A stretch of 64,000 nucleotides of DNA from Mustelus asterias (Eukaryota): assembly GCF_964213995.1 (NCBI RefSeq), contig NC_135803.1, positions 121,086,001-121,150,000 of the forward strand, given 5' to 3'. The notes beneath the pieces were generated by a model. That model did not search any database. It saw only the letters and a program-made list of their open reading frames with translations, and was not told the DNA's origin. The position numbers were made by a program, and so were the translations under genes. Of the stretch, positions 34,045 through 46,992 are shown in pieces (position 1 is the stretch's first letter; each line of letters opens with the position of its first letter).

Positions 34045-37000
34045 AGGGATGAGGTCCTAAAAGCAGAATACAGGGAGAAAGTTAAGAAATCGGACCTCAA
34101 AGGTAGTGATCTCAGGATTACTACTGGTGCCACGTGCTAGTCAGAGTAGAAATGACAGGAGACATTGGATAAATACGTGGCTGTAGAGATGGGTGTCAGG
34201 GGGAGGGTTTCAGATTCCCAGGGCATTGGGACCGGATCTGGGGGAGGTGGAACCTGTACAAATTGGAAGGGTACACCTGCGCAGGACTGGGACTGATGTG
34301 CCGGGCGACTGTTTGAGGGGGATGGGAACCTATGTAAGGAGTCAGAGAAAGAGGGAGCAAGGACAAAAATAAAAGGTAGAAAAGGAAATTTAAAAAGTGA
34401 TAGGCAGGGAAACCATGGACAAAGTTCAAATAGGGCTATAGAGAAAAATATTGGGAGCAGGGCAAACAATGTTAAAAAGACAAGCTTCAAGGCTCTGTGC
34501 CTTAATGCACGGAGCATGTGCAATAAAGTGGATGAACTAATCACACAGATAGATGTAAACGGGTACAATATAATTGGGATTACTGAGACATGGCTGCAGG
34601 GTGACCAGGGTTGGGAATTGAATGTCCCAGGGTATTCAATATTTAGGAAGGACAGGCATAAAGGAAAAGGTGGTGGAGAGGCACTGCTGGTTAAAGAGGA
34701 AATTAACACAATTGCGAGAAAGGATATTAGCCCTGACAACCTGGAGTCTGTATGGGTAGAGTTGAGACATACCAAGGAGCAAAAAACATAAGTGGGTGTC
34801 ATATATAGACCCCCAAACTGCAGTGGTGATGTTGGGAATGGTATTAAACATGATATTAGAGATGCATGTGATAAGGGAATATCGGTGATCATGGGTAATT
34901 TTAATCTGCACATAGATTGGGCAAATCAAATTAACCACAATGCCGTAGAGGAGGAGTTCCTGGAGTGTATATGGGTTGGTTTTCTTGACCAATATGTGGA
35001 GGAACCAACTAGAGAGCAGGCCATCTTAGACTGGGTACTGTGTAATGTGAAGGGAATCATTGCCAATCTAGCTGTACGAGACTCCTTGGGAATGAGCGAC
35101 CACAACATGATAGAATTTTTTATCAAGGTGAAGAGTGAAGTAGTTTATTCGGAGACTAGGGTGCTGAATCTTAATAAAGGAAGTTATGAGGCATGAGTTG
35201 GCCTTGATAGATTGGGGAGAGTTACTTAAAGAAATGATAGTGGATAAGCAATGGTAAAATTCAAGGAACACACGGGGGAACTGCAGCAAATATTTATTCC
35301 TGTCTGGCACAAAAGCAAAATGGGTAAGAGGACCAATCCATGGCTTACAAAGGAAATTAGAGAGAGTATCTGATTTAAGGAAGAAGCATACAGATTGGCC
35401 AAGAAAAATAATAGGTCTGAGGATTGGGAGCGGTTTAGAATTCAGCAAAGAAGGACCAAGGGATTGATTAAGAAGAGGAAAATACAGTATGAAAGTAAGC
35501 TTGCAGGAACATAAAGACTGACACAAAGAGTTTCTATAGATACGTGAAGGGAAAGAGATTGGTGAAGACAAATGTAGGTCCCCTACAGACTAACGGGGGA
35601 AAGTATAATGGGGGACAAAGAAATGGCCGAGCAACTGAATACATACTTTGGTTCTGTCTTCACAAAAGAGGACACAAATCAAATGCCAGAAATGTTGGAG
35701 AATGCAAGATTTAGTGAGAGGGAAGAACTGAGGGAGATCAATATTAGTAGAGAAATGGTGCTGGGAAAATTGATGAGATTGAAGGCAGATAAATCCCCAG
35801 GGTCTGATAGTCTACATCCCAGAGCACTTAAGGAAGTGACTCTAGAAATAGTGGATGCATTGGTGGTCACCTTCCAGAATTCTATAGACTCTAGAACTGT
35901 CCCTGCAGATTGGAGGGTAGCGAATGTCACTCCAATATTCAAAAAGGGAGGTAGAGAGAAAACAGGGAATTATAGACCAGTAAGCTCAACATCGGTAATG
36001 GGGAAAATTCACGAATCCATTATCAAGGACTTTATAGCAGAGCATTTAGAAAGCAGTGGCAGGATCAGACAGAGTCGGCATGGATTTATGAAGGGGAAAT
36101 CATGCTTGACAAATCTGTTGGAATCCTTTGAAGATGCAACTAGTAGAGTTGACAAGGGGGAACCAGTAGATGTGGTATATTTGGACCTTTAGAAAGCGTT
36201 TGACAAAGTCTCGCACAAGAGATTTTCGTGCAAGATTAAAGCGCATGGGATTGGAGGAAGTGTATTGAGATGGATAGAAAACTGGTTGGCAGAGACGAAA
36301 CAAAGAGTAGGAGTTGATGGGTGCTTTTCAAATTGGCAGGCAGTAACTAGTGGTGTGCCACAGGGATCGGTGCTAGGACCCCAACCATTCACAATATATA
36401 TTTATGATTTGGTTGAGAGAACAAAATGTAACATGTCAAAGTTTGCAGATGATACCAAGTTGGGTAGGAGGGTGAACTGTGATGAGGATGCAGAGATCCT
36501 TCAGAATGATCTGGACAGATTGGGTGTGTGGGTTAATCAATGGCAGATGCAGTATAATTTGGATAAGTGTGAGGTTATTCACTTTGGAAGCAAAAACAAG
36601 AGGCAGATTACTACCTGAATGGCTGTAAATTGGGAGAGGGGAGCATGCAGCAGGAACCTGGGTGTCCTTGTGCACCAGTCATTGAAGGCGGTAAAGAAGG
36701 CAAATAGCATGTTGGCCTTCATTGCAAGAGGTTTCGAGTAGAGAAGCATGGATGTGTTGTTGTAATTATATAGGGCCTTGGTGAGGCCACACCTAGAGTA
36801 TTGTGTGTCGTTTTGGTCTCCTTTTCTGATGAAGGATGTTCTTGCTCTTGAGAGAGTGCAGCAAAGGTTTACCAGGCTGATTCCGGGAATGGCGGGGCTG
36901 ATGTATGAGGAGAGATTGAATAGGTTAGGATTGTTTTTGCTGGAGTTCAGATGAATGAGGGGGGATATCATAGAGACTTATAAAATTCTAATAGGACTAG

Positions 37001-37345
37001 ACAGGATAGACGCAGAGAGGATATTCTCAATGATGGGACAGTCCAGAACCAGGGGTCACAGTCTGAGGATTCAGGGTAGACCATTTAGGACAGAGGTCAG
37101 GAGACATTTCTTCACCCAAAGAGTGGTGAGCCTGTAGCATTCATTACCACAGGAAGTAGTTGATGCCACAACATTGAATTTATTCAAGATATAGCACTTG
37201 GGGCGAATGGGATCAAAGGTTATGGGGAAAAAGCAGGATTAGGCTATTGAGTTAGATGATCAGCCATTATCGTAATGAATGGCAGAGCAGGCTTGAAGGG
37301 CCAAATGGCCTCCTCCTGCTCCTATCTTCTGTGTTTCTATGTTTA
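34045..37345 (+). pseudogene. Degenerate CR1 LINE: ORF1 C-terminus plus disrupted ORF2
   Basis: Consecutive ORF fragments GITETW, YRPP, SDHN, RHGF, PQGSVLGP, FADD, FTQRVV with stops and frameshifts; tail tgtttctatgttt. Confidence 0.93.
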
Positions 37346-37775
37346 TAAATGGTCTATTTAAAACAAAATGCAAATCTTAAACCCTTAGCTTTTCAAAGCA
37401 AATTCTTGGAGGAGAAAAATAAGTGATTATGAATGTTGTGTGTGAATAATTACAAATGAAGTCATCATTGACACATAAATTCAGGTGAACAGAAAGTGTT
37501 AAGATCCAGTTAGGGACTATCAACATTTAAAGAGAAATCCAAAGACCTCTTCTTCCCCAGTCAAACTGCGCCACACAATTTCACTTTTTATTAAATAAAA
37601 CACAGACTTTATTGTATACAGTTTAAATTAAACAAAGCAAATACAATTAAGTTCGTACTCTAGCTTACGCCCATATATGCCAGATCTTAGATTTGCTTCT
37701 TACTTCCCCAAATAATTCTCTCGTATGTTAAATGTTAAAATTATATACTTCTAAAAGGAATAACCATAGCTCTGA

Positions 37776-37970
37776 TTAGCACTGCTACCTCACAGCGCCA
37801 GTGACCCGGATTCAATTCTGGCCTTGGGTGACTGTCTGTGTGGAGTTTGCATGTTCTCCCTGTGTTTGTGTGGGTTTCCTCCCACAGTCCAAAGATGTGC
37901 AGATTAGGTGGATTGCCCATGCTAAATTGCCCCTGAGTGTCTAGGGATGTACAGGTTAGTGGATTATCTA
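37776..37970 (+). mobile_element. Partial V-SINE
   Basis: ttagcactgctacctcacagcgcc head and V core, no tail. Confidence 0.75.
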
Positions 37971-37999
37971 AGGCAAGTATGTTACAGTCCTTTGGAAAT

Positions 38000-40030
38000 T
38001 ATCTTTAAATCTCCTCATCTCCAGCTTTTCTCAAAAGTAAAAATTTGATTTCATATCTTCATAGCTGAAGTTCCTCATCTTTGGAACCATTCTCGGAATC
38101 TTTTCTGTGTCCTCCCTAATACTTTCACATTCTTCCCAAAGCACAATGCCCAGAACTGGATGCAGTGATCTAGCCGAGACTAACTAATATCGTGTATAAA
38201 TTGAACATAACCCCCTTGCTCTTGTACTCTATGCCCCTATTAATAAAGCCTTTGATACTGTATATTTTATGAACCGCTCTCTCAACCTGTCCGACCATCT
38301 TTAATAAGTTATATACATATACACCCAGGTCCCGCTACTCCTGCACCCCATTTAGAGTTATACCCTGTTTATTGTCAATTCATATTCTGTCTACCAAAAT
38401 GAATCTCATCACATTTCTCCACATTGAACTTCAGCTGTCATGTGTCAGCCCATTCCACCCACTTGTCTATGTCCTTTTGTAATTCTACACTATCCGCCCC
38501 ACAGTTCAGAATACTTCCAAGTTTTGTATCATCGGCAAATTTTGAAACTATACCAAGAGTCTCAGTCATTAATATATATCAGGACAAGTAAGGGTCCCAA
38601 AACAGACCTCTGGGGAACTCCACTACAAGTCTTACTCCAGCCCGTAAAACATCCATTAACCACTAGTCTGTATTTCCTGCCTGCATTTCCTGTCACTTAA
38701 TCAATTTCATTTCTATGTTGCTACTGTTCCTTTTATTCCATGAGCTCTAATTCTGCGTACAGGTCTGAACTATATCAAATGCTTTTTGGAAGTCCAAGTA
38801 TGGTTATATCAGCAACTTTACCCTCATCAACCTCTTCTGTTACCTCTTCAAAAACTGTTACAAGTTAATTAAATATGATTTTCCCTTGAGAAATCCATGC
38901 TGGTTTTCCTTAATTAATCCTTAGCATTTGTCCATGACTATTACTTCTGTCCCAAATTATTGTTTCTCGAAGTCTCCCTACCACTGGAGTTAAATTGACT
39001 GGCCAATAGGTGGTGTGCTTCTATTTACAACCTTTTGTGAACAAAGATGTATCATTTGCAATTCTCCGGTCCTCGGGCAAAACCACTGAGTCTACGGAAG
39101 ACTGAAAAATTGCATCTGCAATTTCCACTCTTGAGTTCTCAGTATCCTTGTGTGCACCTCATCCATTCCTGGTGACTTATCCACTTTATCCAATACCTTT
39201 TCATCAATTTTAAAACCTTCAAATGTCTGAATTACCTCCCTTTTCACCATGATCCTGGTAGCATCTTCTTCCTTGGTAAAGTCAGGCGCAAAGTATTAAT
39301 TTAACACCTCATCCATGTCCTCTGCCTCAATGCAGAAACTCCCCTTTTTGATTCCTACTCAGACCTACTACTTTTACACAATTTTACCACCCTTTTACTA
39401 TTTACATGCCGATAGAAAACTTTGGAATTCCTTTTCATATTGGCTGCCAGTCTTGTTTCATAGTCCCTCTTTGTTTCTCTTATTTGCTTTTGCATCCATA
39501 ACCCTGGCACCAGGGAGACAACTCACCATCTTGGATTCACATTTATGGCCAAAGAAATACCTATCTTTTCCCTTAACTATAATATCACTTACAACTGTTG
39601 CTCTTCCAGTCTTCCTTGTACAGTTGAACCAATCGTGGTTCCATGGACTTGGCTCTGGCTGCACACCTCAGATGAACCATCACTCACATTAATATTCAGA
39701 ACTGAATACTGGTTGAAGAATGCAATGCACTCACAGGGCCCCTGCAAACCTGCCTATTCCTTTGTGACTGCCTGCTGGTCACTCATTCCCTCTGTCCAGC
39801 ACACTCTTCAGCTGTGTGTTGGCCATATTTATAAATGTGCTATCCACAAAGCTCTTAATGTCCACGGATTCACCACAGAGACTTTAGTTGCTGCTCTGAA
39901 CCCAGAGGTCAAGCTATTGCAGGTGACAACACTTCCTGCAAAAATGGTTTTCCAGGACACAAGAAGAGTCCTGGAGTTCCCATGTAGCACAGGATGTGCA
40001 CTCTAGAGGTTGGAGCAGCTCTGCCATTCC
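38000..40030 (-). pseudogene. Old CR1 remnant with ORF1 N-half joined to mid-ORF2
   Basis: MAELLQPLECTSC at 40026, VSCLPGARV near 39500, then decayed RT sequence at 38000-39480. Confidence 0.75.
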
Positions 40031-40282
40031 TGTATTATAAGTTAACCTTCCTACTGCTGATAAACCTTACCAATACTAATACACTTCATCAATATAATAG
40101 ATTTTACTACTGTTGACAAACCTTACAAATACTGATAAATTGTACTCATATTTAACACACAGTACAACTAGTAATAAACCTTACTTAAAAATAAAAGATA
40201 CAACTTACCAGCTACCTACTTGTTACTTATGATTAACATTTGATATTTTTAATGCTTTTAATCTGCCAGTTGTTTGGACTCC

Positions 40283-41366
40283 GGGCTCGATTTTACCATT
40301 GCATTGCGCCCGTTTTTGGACCCGAAAACTTGGTAAAGTCGGGCGTGAGGCAAGTAGCGCGATCCGTGCCTGCCTCTGTGCTGGTTCCCCCTTTACCAAG
40401 GTCCGAAAATGGCCCCGATCGGGACCATGCCCGAAATGGGCACGACGGCCATTTAAATGCATCTGCATGCATTTCAATTGACTTAATGGGCTGTACACCC
40501 AACTTTACCGACACTTCCCCCTTTACCACCGCGTTCGCCCATCCCGAATCGGTGTGAAACAGACATGCCCTATAGAAGTCCAATTCAGGCGCTCCAGTTA
40601 GTGAGGAGGTAAGTGTCGAGCGTCTGACGGTTCTCTGCTTGAGATTGGTGGGGTGGGGAAGGGGGGTCCACTGCCACTCTGCCTGTGATCAGTGAGGGGA
40701 AGGGGGGGGTCTGCTGCCACTCTGCCTGAGATCAGTGGGGTAAAAGGGGGTCCGCTGCTCTGCCTGAGATCAGTAGGGGTGAAAGAGGATCCGCTGCCAC
40801 TCTGCTTGATATCAGTGGGGGTGAAAGGGGGTCTGCTGCCACTCTGCCTGAGATCAGTGGGGGTGAAAGAGGATCCGCTGCCACTCTGCCTGAGATTAAT
40901 GGGGGGTAAGGGGGGTCCGTGCCACTCTGCCTGAGATTAATGGGGGGTAAGGGGCGTCCGTGCCACTCTGCCTGAGATCGATGGGGAGGAAGTGGAGGAG
41001 GGGCCCGTGATAGGTCTGGGTGGCAGAGGTGTGGGGGGATAAGGGAGCCAGTAATGTTGAGGGAGTGGGGCAATGTCTGTGGGGGCCAGGGGAGGCATTA
41101 TCCGGCCCAGGAGGGATGTGGCATGGGAGCAGCATTCAATCTTTTTTTTTTGCGCATGCGCAGTTGGAGGCACCGATTGGAGCTGCAGGGTTTCAGGCAC
41201 GTTTAGCCCCGTCCACAGGCTGCTGCAGCACAATTCACACTCGCTGATATGTTTGCAGGCAGAGTGTGTATGGGGGCGCCTCAGAACGGGTCTAAAAGTC
41301 GAATTTGAAACACTCCCAGTTTCAAGTCCGCCCAGCACTTAGAATCAAAATGGTAAAATAGGACCC
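40283..41366. mobile_element. About 1.08-kb non-autonomous DNA transposon with internal minisatellite
   Basis: TIR gggctcgattttaccatt / aatggtaaaataggaccc (15/18); GC- and CpG-rich; right end recurs at 58000-58087. Confidence 0.75.
40640..40980. repeat. Minisatellite, about 9-10 x 34-36 bp
   Basis: gccactctgcctgagatcagtgggggtgaaagggggtccgct-type units. Confidence 0.9.
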
Positions 41367-42318
41367 TCAGTCCCCAAGCAGCATACTCACCAGCCAATAA
41401 ACAAACCAATTCCCTGTGATATTGTATCTCCATTTCTGTTTCTGTCCACAAGCTTGGCCCTCTGCCCTATGAACTCTTGGCACGTTTGTACCTGCTCCCA
41501 GTTAAAACTTTGGTTATTAAAACTACAGTTATATCCTAAAACTAAAACATATATTCTAAAACACAGGAAGCATGAACGAGATATTTGCCACAAAAGTGAA
41601 AAAACCCCAAGGAAAGTTTGTTTTTGTTTGTGGCACATGCGAGCAACTGTAAGACCTAATGTTATCCACATCATGTAACCAATAAATTTTATGGGAACGC
41701 AGAGTTCTTTAGCTGGGAATCAGATGAAGTTTCTCTGAACGATAGATAACTTCTTTGAAAAAAAATACACTTTTTGGGATTCCATCTTGAATTGACAAGT
41801 CCAAGTAGATGTATCTTTTGTACCTATATGAAAAATCTTTGATTGTGCATGTTTTTTGTCACTTATTTCATGTGTCACAATTTTATCATGCCCGACATGG
41901 CAGTTTTTTCAGGCTTGTGATAACAACAGGAAATTTTATTTTTAAAACTAAGTGCTTTCTTATACTCAGAATTACTGACCTTGTAGCTCTACAGGTCATT
42001 GTAAAAGTCCATGTTACTCCCACCCAGCATTGCTTGGTATACAGTGGAATGGTGGAGGAATGAACATTTCACAAAGATGTTTTGGATTAGTGGACATTGC
42101 GGCATATCACAGTGTCCACCACTCTTGCTCAACCTCAGCTCTTTTGTTCCCTCACTCAATGTCACACTTGCTCTCTTTGACCACCCCCCCCCCCCCCCCA
42201 ATGCCATCCTTCAAAATGGTGCAGTCATTATTATCCCTCATCTTCAAACCACAATGCCTTGACTTCCCCTGCAGCTTGCCACCAATGTTCCAATCCCAGG
42301 ATTCAGTGCGTGCAAAGT

Positions 42319-42673
42319 TAGAATCATTGAATCTGTACAAAAGGAGGCTGTACGGCCCATCGGGTCTGCACCGATTCTCAACACAACATCTTATCCTGGC
42401 CCTCTCCTCCGCCCCATCCTCATAACACCTCGCATTTATCCCCATTAATCCCCCCAAACTACATGTTGAGACGCTAAGGGGGCAATTTAGCAAAGTTAAT
42501 TCACCTTACCTGCATATTGTTGGACTGTGGAAGGAAACCGGAGCACCCGGAGGAAACTCACACAGACACGGGGAGAACATGCCAACTCCACACAGACAGT
42601 CACCCAATGCTGGAATTGAACCCAGGTCCCTGGCACTGTGAGGCAACAGTACTAACCACTGTGCCACCGTGCT
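42319..42673 (-). mobile_element. HE1-type V-SINE
   Basis: ggaaaccggagcacccggaggaaac core; head ending gtgccaccgtgc. Confidence 0.85.
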
Positions 42674-43282
42674 AAGAGAACTAAGTTCTCTTAATTCCGC
42701 ATGCCCTTGGTCAATCTGATCCTCCCCACCCCTCCCAGCTTCCTGTCAATCCTAGTTGCTAGGCAATTTCACCCACTGCGGACTGCTCCAGGCCCTCACA
42801 TTCTAGTCCCACCATCATCCAATTTACTATCATCTCACTGAGCAAACCCGCTGGTGTTTGCCATTGTGTCCTAACCCCAGTGCCAGTCAGGGCACTTCAT
42901 GCATGGCCTATAGGCCTCTTTCCTGGTCCTGCTTCTTGCTGTGGTGCCAGGCCATGCCATTTTCTTTTTGTCACTTCCCAAACCCTGAAATAAAGCTAAG
43001 AATTACAGTGGAAAATAGTCTTCATTTATACCTAGCTTAGAATTGCTCACTCGCATTTTAGCTTGTTTCAACTTATTTGCTGCAGCTCTTGAGAGGATGG
43101 GGATCAGAGCTGGAAGGAAATAAGGAATAATAAAAACAATATCTCAATTTGGTGTGGTGAAATAAATTTATCTTGATTAAAATAAGTGTGATCATGATTA
43201 ATAGTGAGAAAGAATGAGTACAGATAGTGTTATATGTGTATGATGGCAAGCTACAATTTTAGTTCATTAAGGGTAGATCATA

Positions 43283-43570
43283 TGTGGCACAGTGGTTAGC
43301 ACTGTTGCCCCACAGCACCTCACAGTGCCAGACACCCGGGTTTGATTCCCAGCTTGGGTCACTGTCTGTGTGGAGTCTGCGTAGGTTTCCTCCACGTGTT
43401 CCGGTTTGCTTTCACAGTTCAAAAGACGTGCTGGTAAGGTGCATTGGCCATGCTAAATTCTCCCTCATTGTACCCAAACAGATGCCAGAGTGTGGTGACT
43501 AGGGGATTCTCACAGTAACTTCATTGCCGTGTTAATGTGAGCCTACTTGTGAAACTAATAAATAAACTTA
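43283..43570 (+). mobile_element. V-SINE with alternative tail (same family as 10190-10488)
   Basis: tRNA head; tail cttcattgccgtgttaatgtgagcctacttgtgaaactaataaataaac. Confidence 0.8.
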
Positions 43571-43694
43571 ATAAAAAAACTTAATGTGTGGCTCACAGTT
43601 TATCAGTGCAAACAGTTTATTTATCCATTGTTCTTCCTCCCACCCATTTCCTGGCCTTAGGACATGTTTATGAACTGTTAAATATTGAACATTT

Positions 43695-43803
43695 TCCAAT
43701 TCTGATGAAAGGCAATTGGCCCTGAAATATTAACCCTGTTTCTCTCTCCACAGTTACTGCCTGAGCTGCTGAATATTTACAGGATTTTCTGTTTTTATTT
43801 CTG
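43695..43803 (+). mobile_element. Penelope-like pLTR fragment (family 2) with degenerate hammerhead motif
   Basis: ctgatga-aagg...cct-gaaa then tctctctccacag...tttttatttc; related reversed pieces at 48215-48285 and 61192-61310. Confidence 0.6.
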
Positions 43804-44627
43804 GGATATGGGTTTGTTGTCTTCTTGCTGGGTTTTTTTTTCTTCTGTTTTTCTGACTTTGTTTATATGTTTCTCTTGTCCTCTGAATGACTTTCACTTT
43901 CTTTTCTTGGTGTCCGCTTTCTTTTGTAGTTCCGCCTTACCTTCTTAGTAATTCTGGATCCAAGAAAAGCATTTCAGGTTATTGGTGGAGTTGCAGTGTA
44001 TGGCTTGAAATCTGCTTTGGGTTTGAGCCAGAGAGAACCACATCCAAACTGCATGGTTTCTAACTACCTGCAGGTGTGAGAGTTTTGGCTGGACACAGAC
44101 TAGGGCAGAACTCTGCTGCAAATGTTTAAATACTTAAATGTTTGAAAAGTGGGGAGGGGTGACTCCCCGCATATTACACATTTAAATTGTTATTAGGTGG
44201 TTTATTGAGCACATCATAAAACAAAGTTTGACACGCCAATGGATTTACACTCCATTTGGTGTCAAACAGAACTGGTAAGGGCTACCTTCAAGGAGTCTTG
44301 GTCTGCTGTTGTTGGGTGTCAGTTGGGGCACTGAACGTGGGTTTTGATTCCTTGTTTGGTGTTCAAATTGTCTTGCACCAGTGTTGAGTGGGAAATGTGA
44401 ATGCATCCTGAAAGTACGTGGAAGGAAACTAAACATGTTTCAAAATAGGCACGGGAGTTAGTTCCTGTGTTGAAGAAATGAGGGTAAATTCGCAGCAATT
44501 GAAGTATTGCAATTTTCTTATTCCTGATTAAATTTCACTTTATCTTCCTGTAAGTTTCTTGTCCTGAAATATTAAACCATTAAGCTTCTACAGCATTGAT
44601 ACATAATCACATGCAGTCATCCATCAT

Positions 44628-45698
44628 GGGTGGAAGTTTAAGGAAGGATGGCGCTTGCCATCCTGTGAGTCGGTGTGTAACGCGCTACTGCCATCTCTCA
44701 GAAGCCCACTTCCATTTCACGCTTACTTCAGCGCCTACCCTTGGAAGGAAGTTCCACCTGTGAGAGCTGTTGGATAATCAGATTGGCAGACAACTCTCCA
44801 ACCCAGCCAGGCACAGCGCTGCAGTGGCCAGAGGAGGTACTGCAGTGCTCTCGCTGGAACCAAGTTCAGGGACCATTGTAAAGCTAAGTCCTGGGGGCGG
44901 GAAGGGGAGGGAATCACGGCTTTGGGGAGGTTGGCTGGGTAGAATGGGGGTGAAGGCCAGAATGTCAAGGTCCCAGAGGGAAGGGTGCCCCAAATCTGAA
45001 TCACATATCCAGTCCGAGATGGAGAAAAGTTTTTTTCGCTGTTTCCCACCTTACTTGCACCCAATCCCGCCAGCCTAAAAATACTTAAGTGACCTTAAAA
45101 CATACTGTGGACTTACCCACCTCCCCCACTCTCTTCACCAAACCCCCGCTCCCTGCACCCTCAATTAACTCTGGGCTCTGGGGCAGGATGGGACAACGTC
45201 TTCTTCCTTCCACTTGGCCAAATGAGGCCCTTAAGTGGCCAATTACGCGGCACTTATGAATCGCATACCACCGTCATTTGTATTCTACCAGTGCCAGGCT
45301 GTTTGGGTGCAGCTGTATCCTGTGGGCAGGCTGCCGGGTATACAATAGAGGGCCCTGCAGCAGCTGGAGGTGGGATATCTATCATGTAGGCCATTGGAGA
45401 CACCTGAGAAAACCATGGCAAAGTTGTCTCTGGCTCTCCAGCTGATGGATGGGTTTATTGCTATGGCCATTAAATCCAGTAAGAAGTCTCACAACACCAG
45501 GTTAAAGTCCAACAGGTTTATTTGGTAGCAAATACCATAAGCTTTCGGAGCGCTGCCCCTTGGCCCTTGGCAGCGCTCCGAAAGCTTATGGTATTTGCTA
45601 CCAAATAAATCTGTTGGACTTTAACCTGGTGTTGTGAGACTTCTTACTGTGCTTACCCCAGTCCAACGCCGGCATCTCCACATCATTAAATCCAGCCC
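44628..45698. mobile_element. Old MITE-like element
   Basis: Termini gggtggaagttta / taaatccagccc; GC-rich interior. Confidence 0.45.
45480..45686. mobile_element. Penelope-like fold-back insertion (family 1)
   Basis: Near-perfect inverted arms around 45557-45569; TSD cattaaatccag at 45468-45479 and 45684-45695. Confidence 0.9.
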
Positions 45699-46207
45699 AT
45701 AGCTATTGAAAGCAGTTTCAAAGCTTTATTTCCAAACTTTATTTAAGTTGCTTTTATTTCTACTGCACAATTATTTGAACCAATTTCTCTTTTGTTCAGT
45801 CCCAACTTTACTACTGCAAACACTTTAGTCTTGATCATACAGCTAATGAAATCCTCCCCTCCCCACCAACCCCCCGCCACCCCAACCACCCCTGCCACTG
45901 GTGTATTTAAAGGCAGGGTGCTTGTGAAATACAATCATTCCCTCCTTTACCTCCCCCCTCCCCCACACTGCCTTGGCCTCTCAAAAACCAGACTCCAATC
46001 CTCTCAACCCTTCACTGGAATCTGCCAGCCAGGCTCAACTGACACCCTGAATTTACCTTGAAGCCAGCTCCATAACCTCCTTTTCTTTGGGGACTGCTTG
46101 TAGTCCCAGCAGTGGCCACCGCTTGAACATGGTACTGCTGGGACTACAGAGCTGCTGACAGGAGTTTCAGTCTGTGGGACTGAGAATCCTGGCCAGTGTT
46201 GCTACCA

Positions 46208-46447
46208 TGATGTGGAGATGCCGGCATTGGACTGGGGTAAACACAGTAAGAAGTCTCTCAACGCCAGGTTAAAGTCCAACAGGTTTATTTGGTAGCAAAA
46301 GCCACTAGCTTTCGGAGCGCTGCTCCTTTGTCAGGTAAGACGTTAATTTTTCGTTACCTGACGAAGGAGCAGCGCTCTGAAAACTAGTGGCTTTTGCTAC
46401 CAAATAAACCTGTTGGACTTTAACCTGGTGTTCTGAGACTTCTTACT
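46208..46447. mobile_element. Penelope-like fold-back insertion (family 1) with hammerhead motif
   Basis: Inverted arms; ctgacgaaggagcagcgctctgaaa near 46358; TSD gtgttgctacca at 46196-46207 and 46448-46459. Confidence 0.9.
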
Positions 46448-46689
46448 GTGTTGCTACCAACATTCAATGGTTGTGAGCGGGGCAGCAGTCTTTTATGTGG
46501 GTAAGCTCCTCAATCCTTTGTCTGGTACTGCCAGGGAGGCTGTCTTGGCCCCTTTGTTCATCGGATTTATGTCTCAACTCAGCACTCAACTCAACAGTAG
46601 AGACTGCTCAATTTCAAACCTTTTCCACCAACAGGAAGTACATTAAGAAGCTGTATCTGTATATTATTGTTCCTACTCGGTTATCCTCC

Positions 46690-46992
46690 TCGTGGAGAAA
46701 TCCAGAACCAGGAGGCACTTTTTTTAGGATGGAGATGAGGAGGAAATTCTTCTCTCGGAGGCTATTAATTTAGGAATTCTCTACACCGGACAGCGGTGGG
46801 AGCTGGCTCATTGAATATATTCAAGGCTGAGTTCGACAGATTTTTTTTGCTGGACTGTGGAGCTGAGGGTTTTCAGGGGGCAGGCAGGAAATTGGAGTTG
46901 AGGCCACAATCGGATCAGCCATGATCTTATTCAATAGCGGACCAGGCCTCAGGGGTTGAATGGGTGACTCCCGCTCCTATTTCTCATGTTCT
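46690..46992 (+). mobile_element. CR1 3' fragment
   Basis: ggagatgaggaggaaattcttctctc...gatcagccatgatcttatt...ctcctatttctcatgttc. Confidence 0.75.

Noticed and set aside
40692-41342. Repetitive Pro/Gly-rich ORFs
   Set aside because: They arise from the GC-rich minisatellite inside a MITE.
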